DNA of 37,744 nucleotides from an uncultured Flavobacteriales bacterium (lineage in GTDB: Bacteria; Bacteroidota; Bacteroidia; Flavobacteriales; SAT41). Position numbers and translations under genes: made by a program. The notes below the pieces were generated by a model. That model was given only the letters and a program-made list of their open reading frames with translations. It was not told where the DNA came from and searched no databases. The stretch covers positions 1-37,744 of the forward strand of contig CAXEHY010000092.1 in the NCBI GenBank assembly GCA_963996865.1, given 5' to 3'. Shown here one piece after another: positions 29,432-37,630 of this stretch (the first letter of the stretch is position 1; each line of letters begins with the position of its first letter).

Positions 29432-31347
29432 ACTTCTACCCAATCATTATTATCTTTTATTAATTTTATTAATTCTTGTACAGCCTTTTCTTCAGGTATA
29501 TTTTTTTTTACAACTTCTCGTTCTTTATATAGTGTTATTTTCCCAGCTCCTGTTCCCACATAACCATAATCTGCATCAGCCATCTCTCCAGGACCATTTA
29601 CAATACATCCCATAATTCCAATTTTTATACCTTTTAAATGGTTAGTTGCTTTTCTTATTTTTGCCGTAGTTTCTTGTAAATCAAAAAGTGTTCTTCCACA
29701 TGAAGGACAAGAAATATATTCTGTTTTGGAAATCCTTGTTCTACTAGCTTGTAAAATTCCAAAACTTAAAGAGTTTATAATTTGGTCTGAACCGCAATTT
29801 TGCGCATAAATAAAAATCCCATCTCCTAAACCATCTAAAAGCAAAGACCCAATATCTGCAGAGGCAGAAAGTTGTAGTTGTTCCTCTGATAAATCCTCAT
29901 AAGCCCTCCCAATAATTACAGGAGTTTTTATTTTATTATTCATAAGATCTATAAACAATTTTCTTTGTTCTGCAACTCCGTTTTTATTGTAAGTGTCTAT
30001 TAAAAGTACTGCTGTTTTGTCTGATTTTAATTTGTTTTTTAATTCTTCAGATAAATTTGATAAACAAGCATAAATCATATTCATTTTATTAGATTGAATC
30101 TTTTCATTTAAATATTCTTTTGTAGTTAAACAAGGATATCCTTTTTTATGTTTTTTCCATTTTTTATAGTTATAAATTAATCCTAAAGTACCTGGAACTT
30201 CAAAATTAATATCATGGTCTCCTACAAACACATAATCAGCTGCCATATCAGAAATATGCCATTTGTCTAATGAAACAGAATAATTATAACCTAATGCAAA
30301 AAAGGATGCAGGAGTTATTTTCTTTTTTAAACAAAAATCTGCTTTTACTACTGGAACATTTTTACCGCCAATATTTAGGACTTCATTTGTTTCTCTTTTT
30401 TTATAATCAAAAGGATTGAGTGGATTTTTTATTATTCTTTCAATATAATCATGCTTCTCAATACCTTTAAAATGCTTTAATAAACTTTGCGCTACTGGAA
30501 CTTCAAATTCTGGATCTTCTGTAAGTGAGACTCTGATAGTGTCACCCAATCCATCTGACAAAAGTGCACCAATTCCTACTGCTGATTTTATTCTACCATC
30601 TTCTCCTTCTCCAGCTTCTGTTACTCCTAAATGTAAAGGATAATTCATTCCTTCTCTAATCATTTCCGATACCAACAAACGATATGCTTGCACCATAACT
30701 CTGGTATTAGATGCTTTCATTGAGAGAATAATATCATGATAATTTTCCTCCCTACAAATTCGTAAAAACTCCATTGCAGATTCAACCATTCCTTTTGGCG
30801 TGTCCCCATAACGAGATAAAATTCTGTCTGATAAAGATCCATGATTTGTGCCTATTCGCATGGCGGTGTTGTGTTCTTTACAAACTCTTACAAGAGGAGT
30901 GAATTTTTCTTTTATTCTATGTAGTTCTTTTATGTAGCTTTTATCAGTATATTCTAATTCTTCAAATTTCTTTTTATCAGCATAGTTGCCAGGATTTATT
31001 CTTACTTTTTCTACAATACGAGCTGCAATCTCAGCTGCATTAGGAGTGAAATGAATATCAGCAACAATTGGAGTATTATATCCTCTTTTTTGCAACTCAT
31101 CTTTTATATTTTGTAGATTTTCGGCCTCTTTTTTACTCGGCGCAGTGATACGTACTAATTCACAGCCTGCTTCAATCATACGTATTGATTCTTCAACAGT
31201 AGCAATGGTATTCATTGTGTCTGTTATAGTCATAGACTGAACGCAAATAGGATTATCTCCTCCTATTATAACATTACCAACTTTCACTTCTCTAGTTTTA
31301 AATCTTGAAAACTCTGTTAGATTATTACAATATTTTTTATAATTCAC
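29428..31347 (-). CDS. ispG: (E)-4-hydroxy-3-methylbut-2-enyl diphosphate synthase, long three-domain form
   Basis: VQSMT, VADIHF, RINPGN, RIGTNHGSLS, PLHLGVTEAG, GDTIRVSLT, SCPSCGR, IMGCIVNGPGE. Confidence 0.97.
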   Translation of the reverse strand: MNYKKYCNNLTEFSRFKTREVKVGNVIIGGDNPICVQSMTITDTMNTIATVEESIRMIEAGCELVRITAPSKKEAENLQNIKDELQKRGYNTPIVADIHFTPNAAEIAARIVEKVRINPGNYADKKKFEELEYTDKSYIKELHRIKEKFTPLVRVCKEHNTAMRIGTNHGSLSDRILSRYGDTPKGMVESAMEFLRICREENYHDIILSMKASNTRVMVQAYRLLVSEMIREGMNYPLHLGVTEAGEGEDGRIKSAVGIGALLSDGLGDTIRVSLTEDPEFEVPVAQSLLKHFKGIEKHDYIERIIKNPLNPFDYKKRETNEVLNIGGKNVPVVKADFCLKKKITPASFFALGYNYSVSLDKWHISDMAADYVFVGDHDINFEVPGTLGLIYNYKKWKKHKKGYPCLTTKEYLNEKIQSNKMNMIYACLSNLSEELKNKLKSDKTAVLLIDTYNKNGVAEQRKLFIDLMNNKIKTPVIIGRAYEDLSEEQLQLSASADIGSLLLDGLGDGIFIYAQNCGSDQIINSLSFGILQASRTRISKTEYISCPSCGRTLFDLQETTAKIRKATNHLKGIKIGIMGCIVNGPGEMADADYGYVGTGAGKITLYKEREVVKKNIPEEKAVQELIKLIKDNNDWVEV

Positions 31348-33663
31348 TTAATTAGTTATTATAAGTTTTTTATAGTATTCTGTATTGTCAGATGTAATTT
31401 TTATAATATAATATCCAGGACTCATGTCAATTGTTTTTAATTCTATTTTATTATTGTTTGGAAAAAATGTTTTTATTGATTGTCCAAATGAGTTATAAAT
31501 AGATATTTTGTTTATTGTTTTATTATTTGTTTCTATAGTTGCTTGATTTTTAGTTGGATTAGGATAAATATTTATTATTTTATCATTTTTATTATCAATA
31601 TTTAACGCATATCCAACTGTGAAATTATGTATTATTTCAGATCCAAAGTCAGAATTAAATAAAACTATAAATGGAGGAGGAGGGAAAATTTGAGAGAATT
31701 GTACATTTCCACTTCCTTGAGCGCTATTTGCCCACCACTCTAGACCATCATCTCCTGTGTCAAACACTCTAAAAGTATAGCATCCTGGTGATAAATTCAC
31801 GCTTGTAGTATAGTTATTATTATTTGATAAAGGAGGATTGCCATATATTAAATTATCTTCATTGTCTACAATTACCCATGAATTTTGAAAAGAATAATTA
31901 TTGGTATTAAAAATAACATTAAATTCATTTTGATGCATAGGGGTAGTTTCAAAATCAGATGATAAAAAGTTGTTGTCTAAATTTTCATCATTTGCACCAT
32001 TAGGATTAGAAATATTTACTTCAAATATATTATGTGTACCATTCCAATTAAAATTATCTAATGTTATTATTTCTTTTTCTAGATATGCTAAATTACCTGT
32101 CCAGTTTTTGGTATAAACAGACCCCCCTTTTACTCCATAATTTATTTCTAAACTAGTTAAATTTATAATACCTGAATTTCTAATTTCTATTATTGGTTTC
32201 CCGCATATAGGATTTATTTTAGAATAATTGTCTTTTTTTGAAGGAGCCATAATATCAATTATTTCTGCGTCTAAATTAAAATTAGGGTTTTCGCATTCAA
32301 AAAAATGAGCACTAAATATATATGTTGCTCCACTTGAGGGAGAATATGAAGTTAAATCTATATTTATTTCTGTTGAATCTCCAGGATTAATATTATCAAT
32401 TGTATGATCATATATTCTCACTTGTTCTCCTGGACACCAATTAGCTCTATCATAAATCCAAGTTCCTCCTTGAGGGGCAAGTGAGTTCATTCCACAATCA
32501 TCTTTCCATATTTCTTTACTTCCTTGAGTTATGTTGTTAGATTTTAAATAATAAAATATATTAGGTGTAAACTCACCACTTTGGCCATGACCCGTTACTG
32601 TTATTTTACCATAAAACCAATCGGAATTAGGGTTTGTTTGCTTATATACTCCTGGCATCTTATTTGATTCAAAATCTTGTGAATTACTATAAGAATATCC
32701 TCTTGTGCCATTTTTATATTCAGTGAAGGAATCGGTAGAATAATATCCAGAAGAACTTGTTCCGTAATATATATTTTGTATTTCTATGATTTCATGAGGA
32801 GGAATCCCTTCAATAAATTCAAATTCAATTTTCGCACTAAAACCACTGCTCCAACCATCATAAAAAACTTCTAATTCAACTGAGTCTTTTAAAAGCATAG
32901 CGTAATCAGTAACATCAAAAGTATATTTATGATTCCAGTCAGGGAAAAATCCAGATCCTTGACTGTTGCCTGCTTGCATGTAGGTGCCATAAGGAGTAAT
33001 TACTCTACCTAATTCAAATTCTTCAATAACATTCCATTTGTAATATGTATTTGAATTTGAAAATGTTAGATTAATAGTAGAATCAATTGTAAAATATATT
33101 GTATCTATTATATTCCCTAAAGAGTCATAACTAAAAGTACTATTTGTGTTTTGATAAACATAATTTGTGTCTAAATGATCCCAATTATTATCTAAGAAAA
33201 TTATTTCACTATTATTATTCCATATTGTGTCGTTTGATCCCCAAATAATTGTGTCTACTAAGCCTGTTAAAGTATTGTTATATATTAATGTGTCTGTATT
33301 AGGGAGATAACTTATATTATATGTAGGATTATAAGAAAAAGAGATACTGTTCTGTATAGAATTATTAAAAACCCCGTCTCCATTAATTATAAAATTTGGA
33401 CATATATTAGTAGAATCTTGAAATCTTTTTTTAAGATTTACATTTGTAGTATAATCCCATCCACTACAGCCACTTGAAGCACATCCAAGAGTATAATGCA
33501 TTAGTATTTTTCTGTAATTTTCTTGTCCATCAGGGAATTCTCCCCATGCATTGTAAGAACCATGCCAGGTCATGTCTACATTATTATGAACAGTGACAAA
33601 TGTAGTATCAGCAAAAGAGTATATGCTGAATAAAAAAGAAATTATATATATTAATTTTTTCAT
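31348..33663 (-). CDS. T9SS type-A-CTD secreted peptide-N-glycosidase F-like protein
   Basis: Signal peptide; CSGWDY, ELGRVITPY, FDVTDY, TGHG..EF, RANWCPG resemble PNGase F motifs; Ig-like domain; C-terminal NIYPNPT..GYYII..KKLII. Confidence 0.8.
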   Translation of the reverse strand: MKKLIYIISFLFSIYSFADTTFVTVHNNVDMTWHGSYNAWGEFPDGQENYRKILMHYTLGCASSGCSGWDYTTNVNLKKRFQDSTNICPNFIINGDGVFNNSIQNSISFSYNPTYNISYLPNTDTLIYNNTLTGLVDTIIWGSNDTIWNNNSEIIFLDNNWDHLDTNYVYQNTNSTFSYDSLGNIIDTIYFTIDSTINLTFSNSNTYYKWNVIEEFELGRVITPYGTYMQAGNSQGSGFFPDWNHKYTFDVTDYAMLLKDSVELEVFYDGWSSGFSAKIEFEFIEGIPPHEIIEIQNIYYGTSSSGYYSTDSFTEYKNGTRGYSYSNSQDFESNKMPGVYKQTNPNSDWFYGKITVTGHGQSGEFTPNIFYYLKSNNITQGSKEIWKDDCGMNSLAPQGGTWIYDRANWCPGEQVRIYDHTIDNINPGDSTEINIDLTSYSPSSGATYIFSAHFFECENPNFNLDAEIIDIMAPSKKDNYSKINPICGKPIIEIRNSGIINLTSLEINYGVKGGSVYTKNWTGNLAYLEKEIITLDNFNWNGTHNIFEVNISNPNGANDENLDNNFLSSDFETTPMHQNEFNVIFNTNNYSFQNSWVIVDNEDNLIYGNPPLSNNNNYTTSVNLSPGCYTFRVFDTGDDGLEWWANSAQGSGNVQFSQIFPPPPFIVLFNSDFGSEIIHNFTVGYALNIDNKNDKIINIYPNPTKNQATIETNNKTINKISIYNSFGQSIKTFFPNNNKIELKTIDMSPGYYIIKITSDNTEYYKKLIITN

Positions 33664-33718
33664 ACTTGAAATAAAGTTAATAAATCTACGTTATACTTAA
33701 AATCAAAATCCTTTAATT

Positions 33719-33994
33719 ATGAGAATATTATTTTTGCTTTCTTTTCTGTTTTTGTTTTTAGGTTCAGCGAATGCACAATCTTATAAACATAAAATTAAAA
33801 AACATCAAAAACATAATTTTAATAAAAATTCTATTTGGGTAGAAGGTCATTTTAAATGGAATAAAAAAAGACAAAAATTTACTTGGATTAGAGGGCACTG
33901 GAAAAAACAAAAATTTTATAAAACTTGGATTCCAGGTCATTGGGCCAAAGGAAGAAAAGGAAAGGTTTGGATTCCCGGTCATTGGAGAATTTAA
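33719..33994 (+). CDS. Small secreted YXWGXW/WxxGxW-repeat protein
   Basis: Signal peptide ending ANA-Q; WVEGHF, WIRGHW, WIPGHW, WIPGHW. Confidence 0.85.
   Translation: MRILFLLSFLFLFLGSANAQSYKHKIKKHQKHNFNKNSIWVEGHFKWNKKRQKFTWIRGHWKKQKFYKTWIPGHWAKGRKGKVWIPGHWRI
33881..33985 (+). repeat. Coding repeat with 42-nt period
   Basis: acttggattagagggcactgg (33881), acttggattccaggtcattgg (33923), gtttggattcccggtcattgg (33965); differences are mostly at third codon positions. Confidence 0.8.
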
Positions 33995-34722
33995 TGTATT
34001 TTATAAATAACAGGTCGACTAGGCGCGGCGTCATTATCAAAAGAAGAGACTTGTAAATTAAGTATGTAATTCCCATCTTTTATTTTATTTTCTACAAAAA
34101 TTAATTCTGTAATTGTTGAGTATAATCTTTTTTTATTAGGATGCCCCCAAAATAATTTATGATTTTTTAATTTTCCTTCGTCTTTTGCTTTATCTATTGA
34201 TAGAAAGTCAACTAAAAGATGTTTTATGCCTTTTGACACTATAAACTTCACTGCTTCTTCTTCAAAATATGGATATTCTTTATTTAAATCATATTTTTTT
34301 GTTTTTTTATTTGAACTATTTGGAAGAGTTCTTATAATTAAAGCTTCATGTTTTTTATCTTTTAATTTTAATTCAAGATCTTTTTTTCTTATTATATTAT
34401 TTTTAGGATTTATACTTATAAGTTTTGAGTAGAAAAAAAATCTTTTCATGGCGTCATTAATATAGTGCTTTATTTTTGTTACATGAGCTATAGATTCAGT
34501 ATGAGTTCCATGACTATGAGGATTAAAAAAAATATTGTTAAAATTGACACTTCCTCCTTTATATATACTGCCAATAAAATTTTTATTTTTTACAGGTTGT
34601 ATTTTTGCGTAATCAAGCCCCCATCCTCTTATTCCGTTTTTTTTAACAGGTATTGAAATATCAATAGGATTATTCAAGTTGATTTTTTTGTAATGATTTT
34701 CTATTTTAATATCACAAAACAT
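33991..34722 (-). CDS. Cyclase-family metal-dependent hydrolase (kynurenine formamidase KynB-like)
   Basis: PIDISIP, NPHSHGTHTES.AH, IIRT, HLLVD..SID, H..FW, TITE, DAAPSRP. Confidence 0.82.
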   Translation of the reverse strand: MFCDIKIENHYKKINLNNPIDISIPVKKNGIRGWGLDYAKIQPVKNKNFIGSIYKGGSVNFNNIFFNPHSHGTHTESIAHVTKIKHYINDAMKRFFFYSKLISINPKNNIIRKKDLELKLKDKKHEALIIRTLPNSSNKKTKKYDLNKEYPYFEEEAVKFIVSKGIKHLLVDFLSIDKAKDEGKLKNHKLFWGHPNKKRLYSTITELIFVENKIKDGNYILNLQVSSFDNDAAPSRPVIYKIH

Positions 34723-34732
34723 ATCATCTAAT

Positions 34733-35854
34733 TTAATAAAATAAATCTCTTGTTATTTTATCAGCAAAACATTTACCTCTATTTGTTAATTTAATATTGT
34801 TTTCATTTTCTAGTATGAATTCTCTAGGAATGTTTTTTAATTTTTGCTTCAATAAAGAAATTAACTTAGAATTAAAATTTTTATTTATAAAATTTTTATT
34901 AACACCATTAGATGTTCTAATTGATGTTAATAAATATTCATTTAATTTATTTTCTTCAGATAATTTTTCTATTTTAAATGGTATTATATTTTTTTCTATT
35001 GAGTTTATATATTTTATATTATTTGAGATGTTCCATTGTCGACTATTTTTATCATATGAATGGGCCGAAGGACCTATTCCTAGATATTTTTTTTGTTTCC
35101 AGTAATTTGAATTATGTATAGAATGATGATTTTTTAAAGAGAAATTAGATATTTCATATTGTTTGTAATTGTTTTTTTCTAATTTTTTAATTAGATATAA
35201 AAACATGTTTATTAGTTTTTTTTGATTCAATTCTTTTATTTTTCCTTCTTTTTTATATTTATTAAAAACAGTTTTTTTTTCTATAGTTAAACAATATGCA
35301 GAGAGATGAGGTATTTTATATTTTAAAAATATTTCTAAATTTTCCTTCCATTCTTCTAGTGTCATATTTGGGAAGCCATAAATTAGATCTATAGAAAAGT
35401 TTTTAAATTTTTCTTCTAAGATTAATTCTATAGATTTTATTGCTTGAAGAGAATTATGTGTTCTGTTTGAAAAAATAAGATGTTTGTCATTAAAAGATTG
35501 TACACCTAAACTTATTCTGTTAATTCCATTTTTTTTATAATCATTTAATTTATTTTTTGTTATATCATCTGGATTGCATTCTATTGTTATTTCAGCATTA
35601 TCATCTATTTGATAGTGAGTTTTTATGTTTGTTAACATACTATTTATTTCTTTAGATTCTATTACAGACGGAGTCCCTCCTCCAATATATATTGATTTTA
35701 CAGTTGTTTTTTTTAAGTAATTCTTCTGTATTTCTATTTCTTTATTTATTGAGTTAATTAATTTTTTTTGGTACTTTAAAGAAGTACTAAAATGAAAATC
35801 ACAATAATGACAAGCATGTTTGCAAAAAGGAATATGTATATATATACCAGACAT
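34733..35854 (-). CDS. hemW: Radical SAM heme chaperone HemW
   Basis: YIHIPFCKHACHYCDF, GGGTPS, RISLGVQSF, DLIYG, YEISNF, HNSNYW (HNxxYW), GIGPSAHS. Confidence 0.92.
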   Translation of the reverse strand: MSGIYIHIPFCKHACHYCDFHFSTSLKYQKKLINSINKEIEIQKNYLKKTTVKSIYIGGGTPSVIESKEINSMLTNIKTHYQIDDNAEITIECNPDDITKNKLNDYKKNGINRISLGVQSFNDKHLIFSNRTHNSLQAIKSIELILEEKFKNFSIDLIYGFPNMTLEEWKENLEIFLKYKIPHLSAYCLTIEKKTVFNKYKKEGKIKELNQKKLINMFLYLIKKLEKNNYKQYEISNFSLKNHHSIHNSNYWKQKKYLGIGPSAHSYDKNSRQWNISNNIKYINSIEKNIIPFKIEKLSEENKLNEYLLTSIRTSNGVNKNFINKNFNSKLISLLKQKLKNIPREFILENENNIKLTNRGKCFADKITRDLFY

Positions 35855-35862
35855 ATAAGTTG

Positions 35863-35870
35863 TAAATTTA
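35863..35870. promoter_or_regulatory. Palindromic TAAATTTA, candidate bidirectional -7-like element for hemW and msrB
   Basis: Lies in a 28-nt divergent gap, 8 nt from the hemW ATG and 12 nt from the msrB ATG; one mismatch to TAnnTTTG on both strands. Confidence 0.4.
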
Positions 35871-35882
35871 ATTTTTTACAAT

Positions 35883-36350
35883 ATGGATAAAAAATATATT
35901 TCAAATTTAAATCAAGATGAAAAAGAAATTCTAATTAAAAAAGGAACAGAAAAACCTTATACAGGGATATATGATGATTTTTTTGACATAGGAATTTATA
36001 TATGTAAGGCCTGTGAACGAGGATTGTATTTATCAGATTATAAGTTTAAATCTGGATGTGGTTGGCCTTCATTTGATAATGAAATTACAGGAGCAATAAC
36101 AAAAAAACAAGATTTATCCCATGGAAGAGTTCGTACAGAAATTTTATGTTCTCATTGTGAAGGTCATTTAGGGCATGTTTTTGAGGGAGAAAATTATACA
36201 AAAAACAATATTAGACACTGTGTTAATAGTCTTAGTATCAAATTTGTCCCTTTTAATAAAAACTGGAAAAATAAAGTTGATATTATAGCAGATAAATATA
36301 TTATTTCTAAAAATCAACTTTTGTTGTTTTTGAAAAAATCAGATCAATAA
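35883..36350 (+). CDS. msrB: Peptide methionine-(R)-sulfoxide reductase, Zn-binding type
   Basis: KGTE.PY.G, CKAC, SGCGWPSF, RTEI.CSHC.GHLGHVF, RHCVNS. Confidence 0.96.
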   Translation: MDKKYISNLNQDEKEILIKKGTEKPYTGIYDDFFDIGIYICKACERGLYLSDYKFKSGCGWPSFDNEITGAITKKQDLSHGRVRTEILCSHCEGHLGHVFEGENYTKNNIRHCVNSLSIKFVPFNKNWKNKVDIIADKYIISKNQLLLFLKKSDQ

Positions 36351-37630
36351 GATTTTAATATTATACACAAATTGAGTCCTTTAGTTTTTTTATTAGTTCT
36401 TATTTGTAATTTACCTTTATGATAATTTTCAATTATTCTTTTAGCTAACGATAAACCTAAACCCCATCCTCGTTTTTTAGTAGTATATCCTGGTTGAAAT
36501 ATTTCGTTATTTATTCCTTTTTCTAATCCAGGGCCATTGTCCATGATGCTAATAGTTGTATATTTTTCGTTTTTGTTTATATCAATATTTATTTCTCCTT
36601 TACCTTTCATGGCGTCTATTCCATTTTTTATTATATTTTCTACAACCCAGGCAAATAATGTATTATTTATTTCAGAATATATAATTTTTTTGTTTTGTGT
36701 TATTTTAAAATTTATATTTTTTGAAAATCTAGTATTATAATATTTTATAACCTCATTGATTATTTTTACTACATCTTCTTTTTTTAATTCTCTTGAAGCT
36801 CCTATTTTTGAAAACCTGTTTGCAATTAGTTCTAGTTTTCTAACGTCTTCTTCTATATTTATTGCAAATTTATTTTTTTCAGATTTCAATATTTCAACAT
36901 ATCCCATTAAAGAAGAAAGAGGAGTGCCTATTTGATGTGCGGTTTCTTTTGACATTCCAACCCAAACTTTATTTTGTTCTGCTCTTCTAGAATAACTAAA
37001 AGCTATATATGAAATTAAAATAAATATTGATATTATTAATAATTGTAAAAATGGATAATATCTAAGTTTAGTTAATAAAACAGAATCTTTATAATACATG
37101 TATTGTTTTTCTTCAAGAAAAGAAATTTCAATTATTTTTTTTTGTTGAAACATGATAGATAATTGTTTTATAAAGTAAGAATTCACATGTTCACTATTAT
37201 TAGTCAAATCATATTTATTGTGGTGTAGATTTCTAGAGCTAATAATAAATTCATTTAAATTATTTTTTGTAATAGTGTCAATAATATCTTTTTTTATTAT
37301 CATGCTATCTTTAGATAAATTGTCTTTTTTTATAATTATAAAATTTTTGTTTATTGATATAATTGAATCTTGTGTCCAAATTATAGGAATAGTTGAATTA
37401 TTTCGTATTACATTCATAGCAAGAGGATTTATATCAAATGCTATTTTGTTTTTAATTAATTCTTCTTGACTTTGAACCCACAAATTCATTTTTTTCTTTT
37501 CTTCTATTTCTATTTTTTTCACTAAATCACTTGTATATAAAAGAGATAATGAGAATATTATTATTCCACAAATAATAATAAGGACTTTCCATATTTGTTT
37601 ATTAGTATATTTACTCTTCATTCCATTCAA
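36344..37630 (-). CDS. Membrane sensor histidine kinase (start probably ATG 37621)
   Basis: Two TMs; H-box ETAHQIGTPLSSL, N-box ENIIKNGIDA, DNGPG, IFQPGYTTK, GWGLGL. Confidence 0.93.
   Translation of the reverse strand: MNGMKSKYTNKQIWKVLIIICGIIIFSLSLLYTSDLVKKIEIEEKKKMNLWVQSQEELIKNKIAFDINPLAMNVIRNNSTIPIIWTQDSIISINKNFIIIKKDNLSKDSMIIKKDIIDTITKNNLNEFIISSRNLHHNKYDLTNNSEHVNSYFIKQLSIMFQQKKIIEISFLEEKQYMYYKDSVLLTKLRYYPFLQLLIISIFILISYIAFSYSRRAEQNKVWVGMSKETAHQIGTPLSSLMGYVEILKSEKNKFAINIEEDVRKLELIANRFSKIGASRELKKEDVVKIINEVIKYYNTRFSKNINFKITQNKKIIYSEINNTLFAWVVENIIKNGIDAMKGKGEINIDINKNEKYTTISIMDNGPGLEKGINNEIFQPGYTTKKRGWGLGLSLAKRIIENYHKGKLQIRTNKKTKGLNLCIILKSY

Noticed and set aside
33881-33985. Regularly spaced 21-nt direct repeats as a mini-CRISPR array
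   Set aside because: The repeats are in-frame, degenerate mainly at third codon positions, have a 42-nt period matching protein repeats, and no cas genes are present
5735-37469. Short ORFs in the track lying antisense to, or in alternate frames of, larger genes (5735, 11883, 13478, 15367, 16722, 17067, 18130, 25445, 28263, 29050, 33764, 33888, 34226, 34465, 34797, 36537, 37218)
   Set aside because: They lie wholly or almost wholly within well-supported genes, are F/L/I/S-rich shadows of AT-rich codons, and show no motifs
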